In this document: piece after piece, positions 1-11,179 of the stretch
How positions within the stretch are numbered: the first letter of the stretch is position 1
Layout of the letters: each line of letters starts with the position of its first letter
NCBI GenBank assembly: GCA_963722255.1
Contig: CAVRJO010000001.1
Location: 224,001 to 288,000, forward strand
DNA length: 64,000 nucleotides
Reading direction: 5' to 3'
DNA from: Candidatus Babeliales bacterium
Lineage (GTDB): Bacteria; Babelota; Babeliae; Babelales; JANWKD01
Notes under the pieces: model-generated
What the model was told of the DNA's origin: nothing
Seen by the model: only the letters and a program-made list of their open reading frames with translations
The model's database searches: none
Translations under genes and position numbers: made by a program

Positions 1-12
1 CAAAAGGATTTT

Positions 13-735
13 TTGAAAAATAATATTCTTAGCACATATAATCAAATGCCAATAATTTCCAAAATAACCGAAAGTGAACGTCACAACACCTTAGAAATTA
101 TTAATCAAATCGACCCCAAATTATATACATTAATTACAAATGTTGATCCTGAGGGTATAAAACATATTGAAAGAGACTATTCTAGTGGCCCAATAGCAAG
201 TACTGCCTCAGAAGACGATGGCTTACCAATTATACTTATAGGAGAAAAAGTTAAGCTTCTCAGCACAGAAGAAAAAAAAGCAGTCATAGCCCATGAATTA
301 GGCCACTTTGCCCTAGAGCATGTAAAAGAACGTAAAGGACCAATTATTGCTTTAAAAATAACTGTTGATCCTAAAAAAAATACAAAAATCGTTACAGGTC
401 AACTTCCCTTTGAAGAAACTTTCGATTTAGCTTATAGCAGAATAAATGAATACGAAGCTGATAGGTTTTCAGTAATAAATTTAGGTATTGATGTCGATAC
501 AGCAATAGCAACACAAAAGAAATTAATCTCAGATGAATTTAATAAATCATTATCAGAATTACAAAGAGAAACCTTCAAAAGAACGCACCCCTGGGGAAAA
601 GATCGTATTGCTCATTTTAATGAATTACGAAGAGAAGTAGAATTAAATAAAGCTCGTAATAAGCAACAAAAACCAATCCAATGGGAAGAAATTGCAAAAG
701 ATTATGTAAAATGGTTTTCTGAGCATCCATTATAA
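13..735 (+). CDS. M48-family Zn metallopeptidase (true start may lie upstream of the window)
   Basis: AVIAHELGH (HExxH), downstream NEYEADRF and RTHP...R motifs typical of peptidase M48. Confidence 0.75.
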   Translation: MKNNILSTYNQMPIISKITESERHNTLEIINQIDPKLYTLITNVDPEGIKHIERDYSSGPIASTASEDDGLPIILIGEKVKLLSTEEKKAVIAHELGHFALEHVKERKGPIIALKITVDPKKNTKIVTGQLPFEETFDLAYSRINEYEADRFSVINLGIDVDTAIATQKKLISDEFNKSLSELQRETFKRTHPWGKDRIAHFNELRREVELNKARNKQQKPIQWEEIAKDYVKWFSEHPL

Positions 736-846
736 TTGATAACACTTGGATGGATTTATTAATGAAATGTGAATTCGATCTAAAGATTTAATAATTTTCC
801 CACGTAAATAATGATGAATAAGAGGAGATAACTTTATAATAAAATC

Positions 847-963
847 GTCATTCTGAGCGAAGCGTGGGAATCCAGACTTATTATAATTTTCATTATAAAA
901 TGATTTATTTTTATTAACCCGGATCTCTACGTCACTACACTTCGTTTTGTTCCTCAAGATGAC
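847..963. repeat. REP/RPE-like palindromic element
   Basis: GTCATTCTGAGCGAAGCG...GAATCC (847-873) and GGATCTC...CTCAAGATGAC (921-963) are imperfect inverted arms around an AT-rich spacer, between convergent genes. Confidence 0.6.
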
Positions 964-1041
964 ACTTGTGCTCAATTTCTCATTTAATTTTTTTAATTTT
1001 TCTTACTTCTAATTCGCGTTATATTAAGTAGTAAACTTCAA

Positions 1042-2133
1042 TTATTTTAAATAACTTAGAATACCTACAACAAGCTCAATAAAAATAAGAACAATAATAA
1101 GAACAGATAAGAAATCTTCGCGAATCGAATCAACTTTATTTTGATACACTGAGTTAAGATCTTTGATTATTTCTAATTTAGAGTTGATAGATTCTTTCCA
1201 TTTTTTTAATTCAAGCTTTTCAACAAGAACAGAATAGAGTTCAGAAATATACTCTTCTCCGGCAATCTTTATACTACTTTCTAGCCGTTCAATGATTACT
1301 GAGATTTCTACTTTCAAAATACCAAGCGAACCAATAAGGTCTTTTGGTAACGATCCAATAAAGGGCATATATACTTTTAATGGCAATGAACGAACTTCTC
1401 TTTGGTACACAACATTAAGTTGTTGATCAAGCATACGATCAAAATATTGTAGTTCTAACTGTTGAATATTAGCAAACTCAAATAAGTCTAGAATATCTTC
1501 ATATTCATCATCATAAACAAATGCTGCTTGCGTATCGATAATAAAAAGATCTTCTCGATAATAACCCAAGGCAGAATTTAAAATTTCATCTTTTTGATAT
1601 TCACTCAAATTTTCCGTTTCAAAGCGAAGCAATGATGCAATTACTCCTGCATACATATCTTTAAAGTTCACAACGGAAATATTTTCAGGTTGAGGATCAA
1701 CCTGAATGACAACATACGAGGTACGTAAATGAAAAAAACGTGCTTGTTTGACGTGTTGTTTAATTACTTTAAAAATCGAAGTTGCATCAATCACACCCTG
1801 CTCCTGAAATTCAGGATCGATTGCTACAAGTTTTTTTCTAACATTCTCAAGCGTATCTCTAAAGGGAATTTTATAGGCCAATGAAATGACACCAAAACCA
1901 TGTAAATTTGCATGACTAAATTTTGAACTGATATGAGGATGTGGTAAATCAATTGGTAAGGGAGTATGATAATTTTTAAAATATTTTGATAGAGTCAATG
2001 GTCTTACCAAAACGGCCTCTGATTGGCGAACCTTTTCTAAATTTATATCTTCACCAATATCAAATGCCTGAAAAATAAAAATATTGCCAGAAAAAATATG
2101 CTGTTGATTTTTGGCATTAGCATCATTAATCAT
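1042..2133 (-). CDS. Conserved hypothetical membrane-anchored protein, RMD1/DUF155-like
   Basis: 363 aa; helical C-terminal region ending LSVLIIVLIFIELVVG, resembling the RMD1-family C-terminal TM segment; GAGGA upstream. Confidence 0.5.
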   Translation of the reverse strand: MINDANAKNQQHIFSGNIFIFQAFDIGEDINLEKVRQSEAVLVRPLTLSKYFKNYHTPLPIDLPHPHISSKFSHANLHGFGVISLAYKIPFRDTLENVRKKLVAIDPEFQEQGVIDATSIFKVIKQHVKQARFFHLRTSYVVIQVDPQPENISVVNFKDMYAGVIASLLRFETENLSEYQKDEILNSALGYYREDLFIIDTQAAFVYDDEYEDILDLFEFANIQQLELQYFDRMLDQQLNVVYQREVRSLPLKVYMPFIGSLPKDLIGSLGILKVEISVIIERLESSIKIAGEEYISELYSVLVEKLELKKWKESINSKLEIIKDLNSVYQNKVDSIREDFLSVLIIVLIFIELVVGILSYLK

Positions 2134-2193
2134 TTTCTTCCTCTACACATTTTTATTCTTTACACTCTTAAAAATCATCATCATAAAAATCAA

Positions 2194-4017
2194 CTATTCT
2201 GTTTTTTTCAATATTGCAAAGGCTTCTTGTGGCAATTCAACGTTACCAACTTTTTTCATCTTCTTTTTACCTTCTTTTTGTTTTTCAAGAAGCTTCTTTT
2301 TACGGGTAATATCGCCGCCATAACATTTTGCAATAACATCCTTACGTAAAGCAGAGATTGATTCTCGAGCAAGAATTCTTGATCCTATTGCAGCTTGAAT
2401 TACAACTTCAAAAAGTTGTCTCGGGATTACTTTACGTAATTTTCCAACCATATCTCGCCCAATATAGTAGGCATTATCAGCATGAACAATAAGCGCTAAA
2501 GCATCAACAGGCTTACCACAAATCAATATATCCATTTTAACGAGTTCTGAAGGCTGATATCCTGCCTCTTCATAATCAAAACTAGCATACCCGGAACTTA
2601 ACGATTTAAGCTCATCATAAAAATTGGTTGCTACCTCATTTAAAGGCAAGATATATTTCAGGATAAGACGATCTTCAGTAAGATAGGACATATCTTTTTG
2701 TTCACCGCGTCTTTCTTGGCAAAGCTTTATAATGTTTCCCAAATATTGTTTAGGTAAAATAATGGTAGCATTAATTATAGGCTCTAAAATCTCATCAATT
2801 TTTTGTGGTTCGGGAAAATCATTAGGGTTTTCAATATCGATAATATCGCCCGTATGAGCAATCTTAACTCTATAACGAACACTTGGAGCTGTTACTATTA
2901 CTGTTACATCATACTCTTGCTCTAAACGCTGTTTAAAGACATCCATGTGTAAAAGGCCCAAGAATCCGCATCTGAACCCAAGCCCTAAAGCAGTTGATGT
3001 GGTCTTTTCTACCGTAACACTCGCATCATTTAACGTTAATTTTTCGATTGCATCTCTTAAAATTTCAAATTCAGAACTATCTACAGGAAAAATTCCTGCA
3101 AAAACCATTGGTTTTGAAGGTTTGAATCCGGGGAATGGTGTCACCTCTTTTTTGGCATGAAAAACAGTATCACCAACGCGTGCTTCACGAACTGTTTTCA
3201 TACCGGCAACTAAATAACCAACTTGCCCTGCATAAAGGGCTTCAACCGGCATTTCATCGGGGTACATAAGACCAATTTCAAGAACCTCATAGGTTCTATC
3301 TGTTTGGGCAAAGGTAATTGAATCTCCGACGCGAATGGTTCCATCTTTTATTGCAATTAAACAAATCACACCCTTGTATTCATTAAACCATGAATCAAAA
3401 AGCAATGCTTTAAGGGGTTGATCACTTTGCGATTTTGGCGCAGGCATACGCGTTACAATTGCTTCTAAAATGAGATCAATTCCGATTCCATTTTTTGCTG
3501 AAGCTAAAATATTTTCATCAATACCAATATCAAAGAGATTTTTTAACTCTTGAGCAACTGATGCAGGATCTGCAGCTGCCATATCAATTTTATTTATTAC
3601 AGGAACAATGGTTAAATCTTGGTCAAAAGCAAGATAAAAATTTGCCATAGTTTGAGCTTGAACACCTTGTGCAGCATCTACAAGTAATAAGGCTCCTTGG
3701 CATGCATAAAGCGATCGAGAAACTTCATAACTAAAATCAACATGCCCCGGGGTGTCAATTAAATTAAGGAGGTACATCTGCCCTTTATATTCATAAAACA
3801 TCGAAGCAGTTTGAGCTTTTACGGTGATCCCACGTTCTTGCTCAACCTTTAACTTATCCAAAAACTGTTCATGACGTTTTCTATCGGTTAAGGTACCGGT
3901 TACCTCAAGCAAACGGTCTGCCAACGTTGATTTACCATGATCAATATGAGCAATAATAGAAAAGTTTCTAATATGTTCAGGTTTAAAATCTTTGAGATTG
4001 ATTGTTTTCAAATCCAT
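2194..4017 (-). CDS. lepA: Elongation factor 4 (LepA)
   Basis: IRNFSIIAHIDHGKSTLADR, DTPGH, GFRCGFLGLLHM, KCYGGDITRK. Confidence 0.98.
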   Translation of the reverse strand: MDLKTINLKDFKPEHIRNFSIIAHIDHGKSTLADRLLEVTGTLTDRKRHEQFLDKLKVEQERGITVKAQTASMFYEYKGQMYLLNLIDTPGHVDFSYEVSRSLYACQGALLLVDAAQGVQAQTMANFYLAFDQDLTIVPVINKIDMAAADPASVAQELKNLFDIGIDENILASAKNGIGIDLILEAIVTRMPAPKSQSDQPLKALLFDSWFNEYKGVICLIAIKDGTIRVGDSITFAQTDRTYEVLEIGLMYPDEMPVEALYAGQVGYLVAGMKTVREARVGDTVFHAKKEVTPFPGFKPSKPMVFAGIFPVDSSEFEILRDAIEKLTLNDASVTVEKTTSTALGLGFRCGFLGLLHMDVFKQRLEQEYDVTVIVTAPSVRYRVKIAHTGDIIDIENPNDFPEPQKIDEILEPIINATIILPKQYLGNIIKLCQERRGEQKDMSYLTEDRLILKYILPLNEVATNFYDELKSLSSGYASFDYEEAGYQPSELVKMDILICGKPVDALALIVHADNAYYIGRDMVGKLRKVIPRQLFEVVIQAAIGSRILARESISALRKDVIAKCYGGDITRKKKLLEKQKEGKKKMKKVGNVELPQEAFAILKKTE

Positions 4018-4086
4018 TTTGCAGCTATTTTCAGTTTAATTCATATAAAATAAATATTTTTTTAGCTCACAATGCTAATCTTTAAT

Positions 4087-4115
4087 AGTGTACGCTATGG
4101 GCATATATTTGTAAA
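4087..4115 (-). promoter_or_regulatory. Sigma70-type promoter of lepA
   Basis: Minus strand TTTACA-N17-TACACT, 70 bp upstream of the ATG. Confidence 0.5.
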
Positions 4116-4155
4116 ATAGGAAGAATTTAATCAATCTTACCAGCATATGGGGTAA

Positions 4156-4233
4156 TCAACCTTTTGTAACGACATCTTTGGCTAGATCCATCGCTGTTCT
4201 GCCATCTTCGCTTCTTTGAGTAAGATGAATACT
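4156..4233 (-). pseudogene. Possible ankyrin-repeat gene relic
   Basis: Minus frame reads SIHLTQRSEDGRTAMDLAKDVVTKG*, with a G-x-T-A-x-x-x-A ankyrin-like motif, bounded by stops. Confidence 0.3.
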
Positions 4234-4327
4234 TTAATTATTCTTATCAAAATTTATGATAACAAAAATGGTATTTAAGTAATCGAACGATTCGTTAACC
4301 TAAATACCATACTATATTTTATTAGAA

Positions 4328-4603
4328 TTACTGAGCGCGAGCGGCAGCAGCAACTTTTTTAGCTAATCTGCTAACTTTGCGAGAAGCTGTTTTTGGATGG
4401 AGTGTATTTTTGCCCTTAGCACGAGACAATTGAGATTCAGCATCTTTTAATAATGCCTTTAATTGTTCAATATCTGCGCCTTGCTCTAGAGAAACTAAAA
4501 CCTTTTTTACAGAGGTTTTAATTGATGATCTACGAGCTAAATTTTTTTTAGCCTTAAAAATATTTTTTTTTGCTTGTCTTTTAGCTGACTTTGTATTTGC
4601 CAT
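4328..4603 (-). CDS. rpsT: 30S ribosomal protein S20
   Basis: MANTKSAKRQ...LHPKTASRKVSRL. Confidence 0.95.
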   Translation of the reverse strand: MANTKSAKRQAKKNIFKAKKNLARRSSIKTSVKKVLVSLEQGADIEQLKALLKDAESQLSRAKGKNTLHPKTASRKVSRLAKKVAAAARAQ

Positions 4604-4620
4604 AATAACCTTATATAACC

Positions 4621-4824
4621 TTAAACTACTTTTTCAACCTTACCTGCTTTTACACATTTTGTGCATACCGCGCCGCGTACAACATTTCTTGAACCCGAAC
4701 CGGTTACAATGAAACACATCTTATGCACATTTGGATAAATCCATCGCTTAACACGGTTTCTTGCATGGCTCACAAGGTTTCCAACTTGAGGACGCTTGCT
4801 GCAAACAAAACAAATTCTTGACAT
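4621..4824 (-). CDS. rpmB: 50S ribosomal protein L28 (Zn-ribbon type)
   Basis: MSRICFVCSKRPQVGNLVSHA...KR..PN...CTKC; start reassigned to ATG at 4824. Confidence 0.92.
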   Translation of the reverse strand: MSRICFVCSKRPQVGNLVSHARNRVKRWIYPNVHKMCFIVTGSGSRNVVRGAVCTKCVKAGKVEKVV

Positions 4825-4988
4825 GGTACCCAAAATCCTTTCTGTATAACTCAATATTTTTTAATTATAACGTATAAATAACGTTTTTTCAAACCTGATT
4901 TGTTATTTTTTTTATTGAGCTGCAAATTTTCTTGATGAAAAATTATTTTTTTTACTTTTTAGAGAAGCTTTATCTGTTTTTAAATCTA

Positions 4989-5031
4989 ATTATGCGCGCT
5001 CATGATAAATTTTACCATGAGCGCGCATAAT
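4989..5031 (-). terminator. Long hairpin downstream of ftsH
   Basis: ATTATGCGCGCTCATG / CATGAGCGCGCATAAT perfect 16-bp inverted repeat. Confidence 0.6.
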
Positions 5032-5059
5032 ATGCAATTTATAAGAGTCAATCAAACTC

Positions 5060-7711
5060 TTAGGTAAGTTTAAAATCCTGACGAGGCTCAATACCAAGAA
5101 GTTGATATATTTCACTCGCAAAAAGCGTTTCTTTATCAAAAAGATGATTTGCCAAAGTATCCAATTTATCTCTATGCTGAATCATCATAGTTTTAACTTT
5201 TTCATAGGCATTGGCCAAAAGTTTTTGAACTTCTGCATCAATCCGCTCTGCTGTCTTCTGAGAATAGGTATATTCACCATGTTGTTGCTTATAAACTACC
5301 AATCCAAGCTCCTCAGACATTCCATACGAACAAATCATTTTACGCGCTATATCAGATGCCTTTTCAAAATCATTAGAAGCACCGGTTCCTATTACGTTAA
5401 AGACCAGCTCTTCAGCAACACGGCCTCCTAAGCAAACCATAATCACTGCAAACATTTCCTCTTTGGTTTGCGTATACTTTTCTCGTTCAGGCAATGAATG
5501 TGTTACACCCAAAGCTCTTCCTCTAGGAATAATGGTCACCTTATGAAGCGGATCACTGAGATCAGGAAGCAAAAGTCGTACCAAAGCATGCCCAGATTCA
5601 TGAAATGCCGTAATTTTACGCTCTTCTTCTGAAAGCACTATAGTCTTCAACTCTTTGCCCAACATGATCTTATCGCGCGCTTCTTCAAAATCGTTAATAG
5701 TGACCATAGATTGATCATTATCTCTGGAAGCATGTAAAGCCGATTCATTCACAAGGTTTGCTAAATCAGCTCCTGAAAAGCCCGGTGTTCCACGTGCAAC
5801 CTTCTTTAAATCAACCGAAGGATCTATGATAATATTTTTAGCATGCAGTTCTAAAATTTTCTCACGGCTTTGTAAGTCAGGGTAAGGAATCTCAACCTTT
5901 CTATCAAAACGGCCGGCACGCAAAAGTGCAGGATCAAGAGAATCGGGTCTATTGGTTGCAGCAATAACTATAACCGAGCTCGTTGCTGAATCAAAACCAT
6001 CCATTTCAGTGAGCAGCTGATTGAGCGTCTGGTTACGTTCATCATTGCCACCCCCGTTTTTCCCGGAGCCTCTATGGCTTCCCACTGCATCTATTTCATC
6101 AATAAATATAATACTAGGATTATGCTTTCTTGCCTGGTTGAAGAGATCACGAACACGAGAAGCACCCACACCAACATACATTTCTACAAATTCTGATGCA
6201 CTCACATTGAAAAATGGACAATTAGCTTCCCCTGCAACGGCTTTGGCGAGTAATGTTTTACCATTACCCGGATCACCAATAAGCAAAACACCACGGGTAA
6301 TCTTAGCGCCCAATCGCTTATATTTTTCAGGATTTTTAAGAAATTCTACAATATCTCGTAGCTCTTCTTTGGCTTCTTGCATGCCTGCAACTTGGTCAAA
6401 ATTACATTTAACCTGGGTAGGCATAAACATTTTAACGTTACTTGCACCCTTCACACCTTGTTGAGAATTACTCATGGGATTATTGTACGATTTAAGCATA
6501 GTCTTATGCGCATCTTCAATATCGGCCATCGTGACCTTATCTTGATTTTTTTTAGAAGCATTAATTGCGGCCTTATTCATTAAATTAGCTAAATCAGCTC
6601 CACTATAGCCAGCGGTTTCTTCAGCAATTTTTTTCAAATCCGCTTCCTTGTCAAGCTTAATAGCCTGAGCATGTATCTTTAAAATCTCTTCTCTGCTTTC
6701 AGAATCTGGAAAAGGGACATCAATGCGGCGATCAAATCTACCCGGCCTTACAAGCGCTTTATCAAGAACATCCGGCATATTGGTAGCTGCTAATACAACC
6801 ACAGAAGCTCCATTGGCTGTTTCAAAGCCATCCATTTCAGTTAAAAGTTGATTAAGCGTTTGCTCGCGCTCATCATGCCCGCCTCCAAAGCCACTGCCTC
6901 GTTGACGCCCAATTGCATCTATTTCATCAATAAACACAATGCTCGGTGCATTTTTACGAGCTTGGGCAAAAAGATCACGAACACGTGCAGCACCTACCCC
7001 CACAAATACTTCGATAAAATCCGATCCGGTAATACTAAAAAATGGGCAGTTAGCTTCACCTGCAACGGCCTTAGCAAGCAATGTTTTACCATTACCAGCT
7101 TCACCAACAAGTAATACTCCACGAGGAATTTTTGCCCCTAAACGTTTGTATTTTTCGGGATTTTTAAGAAAATCAACAACATCTTTAAGTTCATTCTTTG
7201 CATCATGAGCCCCGGCCACCGATTTAAAATTTACTTTAATAGCTGAAGGCATAAACATTTTTGCTTTACTTTTACCCATACTAAAAAGAGTACTCCCACC
7301 ACTTGAGCCACGAGACTGGCGGAAAAAGTACCAAACCAGCAAAGGCATAAAAAGGAATGAAAATAGGAGTAAAAGATGCCAAAAATTAAATTGACCTGTT
7401 ACAGGAGCTATAGAAAATTCAACGTCGTGTTGACGCAAGAGCTCTAAATTATTAGGATTTTCCGCTACCACTGTTTCAAAATGAGTATTATCGTTCAGAA
7501 CCCCAAAAACGTCCTGACCATTGATATGTACCGATTTAACCTCGTTTTTTTCAACAGCTTTCAAAAATGCTGAATAGGTCAGACGCTTCACCTGACGGGT
7601 ATAATCGGTTAATTTCGTTAATAATGCTATAGATATTACAAAAAAGATAATTGCGAAAATAAGGTTCTTTGGTCCGCGCACAAAAGGGTTATTCTTTAGT
7701 TTTTGTCTCAT
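5060..7711 (-). CDS. ftsH: ATP-dependent Zn metalloprotease FtsH with tandemly duplicated AAA+ domain
   Basis: Two TM helices, two Walker A ([16 protein letters not shown]), two Walker B (IDEID), two SRH ([14 protein letters not shown]), M41 HESGH; probable ATG at 7711. Confidence 0.95.
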   Translation of the reverse strand: MRQKLKNNPFVRGPKNLIFAIIFFVISIALLTKLTDYTRQVKRLTYSAFLKAVEKNEVKSVHINGQDVFGVLNDNTHFETVVAENPNNLELLRQHDVEFSIAPVTGQFNFWHLLLLFSFLFMPLLVWYFFRQSRGSSGGSTLFSMGKSKAKMFMPSAIKVNFKSVAGAHDAKNELKDVVDFLKNPEKYKRLGAKIPRGVLLVGEAGNGKTLLAKAVAGEANCPFFSITGSDFIEVFVGVGAARVRDLFAQARKNAPSIVFIDEIDAIGRQRGSGFGGGHDEREQTLNQLLTEMDGFETANGASVVVLAATNMPDVLDKALVRPGRFDRRIDVPFPDSESREEILKIHAQAIKLDKEADLKKIAEETAGYSGADLANLMNKAAINASKKNQDKVTMADIEDAHKTMLKSYNNPMSNSQQGVKGASNVKMFMPTQVKCNFDQVAGMQEAKEELRDIVEFLKNPEKYKRLGAKITRGVLLIGDPGNGKTLLAKAVAGEANCPFFNVSASEFVEMYVGVGASRVRDLFNQARKHNPSIIFIDEIDAVGSHRGSGKNGGGNDERNQTLNQLLTEMDGFDSATSSVIVIAATNRPDSLDPALLRAGRFDRKVEIPYPDLQSREKILELHAKNIIIDPSVDLKKVARGTPGFSGADLANLVNESALHASRDNDQSMVTINDFEEARDKIMLGKELKTIVLSEEERKITAFHESGHALVRLLLPDLSDPLHKVTIIPRGRALGVTHSLPEREKYTQTKEEMFAVIMVCLGGRVAEELVFNVIGTGASNDFEKASDIARKMICSYGMSEELGLVVYKQQHGEYTYSQKTAERIDAEVQKLLANAYEKVKTMMIQHRDKLDTLANHLFDKETLFASEIYQLLGIEPRQDFKLT

Positions 7712-7972
7712 ACTGATACCTATCGTGTTATAATAATAAACCAATGTTTCTAATAAATAATGCAAGCAGGACTTTATACATAAAATATTTACGGATATAC
7801 ATCCCGCGCATATATTCTAATTGTACTATAAAATTTAAAAAATGGAAAGTTATTCTTGATTATAGTCAAATATATCCTTTGTGTCGATGTTTTATGAAAC
7901 GAAATCCCTTGCAACTCCATTAAATGCTCGTTACATCATAATCTAAAATCGATTTTTAAAAAAGTTGATTTA

Positions 7973-9247
7973 TCAACAACTTGACCATGCAGGATAAGAA
8001 CACCGATGCTTTTCATCAGTTAGAAATGTTTCTTCTTTGGTAATCATATTATAGAGAGCAATTCTACATGATTTTCCCTGCTCAATAGAATAGACTAAAT
8101 AGTTACCACAGGGCGACCAACAACATTCATCCTTATTGCCGGGAGTAAAGGTTATTTGTTGATCTTCTTTTTTTGCTAAATCATACCCAAATATCTGAAT
8201 TGTTGTACCAACTAATCGATGATAAGCAACTTTACCATTTTTTTCTGAAAAATTTGGAGCAGCCCCTGGGGTTATTTGTTCTAACTTATTGCTTTCATCA
8301 TGCCAATAATAAACATACGGAACTCCTTTTTCAGCATCTGAACAAAAAATAATATCGCCATTATCACGTACATTTGGCGATATATTATTTCCATCATTGT
8401 GCGTTTTTCTTTCAATAACTTTCTTTTTGTTTTTTTTATCAATAAAGCAACGATAGAGCTGGCTTGTTCCTTGATGCGTTGCACAATAAACGACATTTTG
8501 CCCATTGCTTGAAAATGATGGAAGACTCGTTATACCATTAACATTTGATACAATCTTTTTCTTGCCCTGCATATTTGTTGACATAAGCCGAACATTTGAG
8601 GGAGTCACTTCAGAAAAAAGCAGTAAAGGATTTTTTGAACTTTTATTCCAACGAGGCGCTAATAGTTTACCTCCTTTTACCAGGCAATAAGCATCATCGG
8701 CAAAGGGAGTTTGAATATATAGATCAGATCCCTTATGAGAGCCTTCAATTTTTTCACAACAATAGGCAATCTTAGAAGAAAATATCCCTTCTTGTCCTGT
8801 TAAAAGCTTCCATAAAGCATCAGCCAACAGATGCCCATTTTTACCTATATTTGAAAGATCAAGGTGCATTCGTTTGCCACAATACATCTGAGCTTGCATA
8901 GAATCATAGACACGCCATTCAAGCGTATCATTCGATTTCATCTGTAAAAATACCACCATCATATACCCTTCTTGTGCTAAATTTTTTAGAGCCGATTTTG
9001 AAGGAACTTTATGAAATTTTCTTAAAAGACAGTCAAAGCCACTTTTTTTTTGTTTTGAACATGATAAATCATTAAACGCAACTGACACAAAATCATCCAA
9101 TGATTCAGGAAAATCAATTAACCCAAAAAGCAACTTCATCTTTTCTTGTTGTTGATTTTCAAGCTGAACGACAACATCGGTTGTTACATTGGAGGTATAA
9201 ACCGGTATCACTAGATTAAAAAAAAGAAAAAATAAAAGTTTTTTCAT
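7973..9247 (-). CDS. tolB: TolB-like periplasmic beta-propeller protein
   Basis: Signal peptide, GIFSSKIAY, PD40-like repeats (PRWN, PSFSSNG, WSPCGNYLVY, YPAWS); last gene of a tolQRA cluster. Confidence 0.8.
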   Translation of the reverse strand: MKKLLFFLFFNLVIPVYTSNVTTDVVVQLENQQQEKMKLLFGLIDFPESLDDFVSVAFNDLSCSKQKKSGFDCLLRKFHKVPSKSALKNLAQEGYMMVVFLQMKSNDTLEWRVYDSMQAQMYCGKRMHLDLSNIGKNGHLLADALWKLLTGQEGIFSSKIAYCCEKIEGSHKGSDLYIQTPFADDAYCLVKGGKLLAPRWNKSSKNPLLLFSEVTPSNVRLMSTNMQGKKKIVSNVNGITSLPSFSSNGQNVVYCATHQGTSQLYRCFIDKKNKKKVIERKTHNDGNNISPNVRDNGDIIFCSDAEKGVPYVYYWHDESNKLEQITPGAAPNFSEKNGKVAYHRLVGTTIQIFGYDLAKKEDQQITFTPGNKDECCWSPCGNYLVYSIEQGKSCRIALYNMITKEETFLTDEKHRCSYPAWSSC

Positions 9248-9260
9248 GAATACCCATCTC

Positions 9261-10088
9261 TTAAAAGATTATTGATAACTCTTTTTCTACCCATTGTTTG
9301 GGAAAATCATAGGTTAATAAAAAATTGCGTGCACTAATATCAAGCGCAATAGCATTAGATGATTTTTCCATACTAATATCTCGCTTGCCATCTTTGTGTA
9401 CAATCACACGAAATTCACAAACGGCAGTATCAGGTATATTGGTAGGTCTTTTCCATTTTTTTACTATATCTTTTTTTAAAATATCTTGCATCACAAAAAG
9501 TTCTCGTTCATCATTACCGATAATAACGGTTTCTTGTTTTGGTTGTTGCTGTTCAGCCGTAGCTGTTGTAGAAACATCATGAGTTGGGCTTGCCTTTTCA
9601 CAAATTTTAGGTTGAACCGATTTTTCAATCTTTTGCGCGATCGGCTTTTCTTGCTTGGCAGGCGGTAATTTTTTTTGTGTACTATTTTTTTTGACTGGAG
9701 GTACAACGGCCTTTTTCTTGGAAATCGTCGCACTATCCTTTTTTCTTTGCATTATGGTACTATTTTTTTTAGCAGGCAATGGCTTGATCTGTTTTGGGAC
9801 AGCTTTTTTTTCTTCCCTTACGGATTTTTGAACTATATCTTTTTTTAAAGTTGGAGCATTGTGTAACTTTTGTTGCGGTGGCACTGCCTTGAGAAAAGGT
9901 ACAAACGACACTGAAGCATTATTGCTTTGTGTATTTACCACCACCGAAACTCGTGATTGTGTTAGGATAAAAAAAAGCACAAGAATAGTTATATGCGCAA
10001 GAAGACAACATAACAATAGTTTGGAAAAAAAAGTAACTTTTTTAGACAGCTTTACCGCCACTAGGTTTTTCAGTTGCAATTGCAACAT
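9261..10088 (-). CDS. tolA: TolA/TonB-like energy transducer
   Basis: N-terminal TM with His, Lys/Pro-rich linker, C-terminal W.RP...SS...LD.SA domain; lies between tolR and tolB. Confidence 0.7.
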   Translation of the reverse strand: MLQLQLKNLVAVKLSKKVTFFSKLLLCCLLAHITILVLFFILTQSRVSVVVNTQSNNASVSFVPFLKAVPPQQKLHNAPTLKKDIVQKSVREEKKAVPKQIKPLPAKKNSTIMQRKKDSATISKKKAVVPPVKKNSTQKKLPPAKQEKPIAQKIEKSVQPKICEKASPTHDVSTTATAEQQQPKQETVIIGNDERELFVMQDILKKDIVKKWKRPTNIPDTAVCEFRVIVHKDGKRDISMEKSSNAIALDISARNFLLTYDFPKQWVEKELSIIF

Positions 10089-10482
10089 CCTTTACACCTC
10101 CAACGACTTTAATACAATCAATAACACTGGTTAGACACCCCGCACAGGACTGGCTATCAGGCTTTATCCAAACTCTCGTTTTTTCTTTATTTGGCATCTG
10201 AGCCAATTTTTGTTGTATCTCAGATCCTAACATTTCTAAGGTCACCATTTTGTTATTACAATAAATAGTATCTTTTTTATCAATTGTTACAACTAATTCT
10301 TGTTGATCCTTTCCACCTTCTTGCGCCTGCCCTTTAGGCAGATCTATTTTTATTGAATTTTGAATCATTGGTGTTGTAACCATAAAAATTATCAGCAGTG
10401 TTAAAGCAGTATCAATTAATGGCGTTAACGTAATTTCCGGCTGAGAAATTGCTCTTCTTTTTCTTCTTTGTAATCCTCGCAT
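10042..10482 (-). CDS. tolR: TolR/ExbD
   Basis: EITLTPLIDTALTLLIIFMVTTP...IDLPK. Confidence 0.85.
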   Translation of the reverse strand: MRGLQRRKRRAISQPEITLTPLIDTALTLLIIFMVTTPMIQNSIKIDLPKGQAQEGGKDQQELVVTIDKKDTIYCNNKMVTLEMLGSEIQQKLAQMPNKEKTRVWIKPDSQSCAGCLTSVIDCIKVVGGVKDVAIATEKPSGGKAV

Positions 10483-10492
10483 AATCAAATCC

Positions 10493-11179
10493 TTATCGTG
10501 CAAAAAGTTTTTGAACTATGAAGATAAACTTATCTGCAAGAATAAACAGTTGCCGCTCAATAACTCGAATTTCACTAGTTAAATAATGGTACATCACCAA
10601 TGCAGGAATTGCCACTAAAAGGCCTGCAAGCGTAGTAATTAATGCTTCAGCAATACCCGGAGCAACCGTCGTTATATCGGCTGATTGTTTTTCACTTATT
10701 CTAATAAAAGCATGAACCAATCCCCAAACAGTACCAAAAAGACCCAACAAGGGAGAAACCGATGCGCTGGTAAAAAGGAAAGGTAAATAGGATTCTTCAG
10801 TCTGCAAAATATCATCAACACTCTGGTCTATTTGTTGTTGCAATGAATTTATTTCTCGTTCATTTAATGAATTTTTATTTGGATCAATCTCAAGATACAT
10901 TTTTAAAGAACCAAAATTTTTGCGCAAAAAATAACCAGGCAATGTATCATTGAATGCTAATGCTAAACTACGTAATTCCTCAAATGTAGTTATTGAAGAC
11001 AAACGTTTAGCTAAAGTTTTTAATTGATTTTTTTTTATTCTCAGAAGAATAACTTTATACAAAAATATCGTCCAACATATAATTGAAAGACCCAAGAGTA
11101 TGAGCAAAACCAATTTCGTTACATAATCCGATTGTGAAACTAACATCCACAATGAATTACCATGCATTGCATATTCCAT
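10493..11179 (-). CDS. tolQ: TolQ/ExbB proton channel
   Basis: SPLLGLFGTVWG...VAPGIAEALITTLAGLLVAIPA. Confidence 0.88.
   Translation of the reverse strand: MEYAMHGNSLWMLVSQSDYVTKLVLLILLGLSIICWTIFLYKVILLRIKKNQLKTLAKRLSSITTFEELRSLALAFNDTLPGYFLRKNFGSLKMYLEIDPNKNSLNEREINSLQQQIDQSVDDILQTEESYLPFLFTSASVSPLLGLFGTVWGLVHAFIRISEKQSADITTVAPGIAEALITTLAGLLVAIPALVMYHYLTSEIRVIERQLFILADKFIFIVQKLFAR

Noticed and set aside
730..975. 81-aa minus ORF
   Set aside because: Translation of the palindromic repeat and AT-rich spacer; no coding support.
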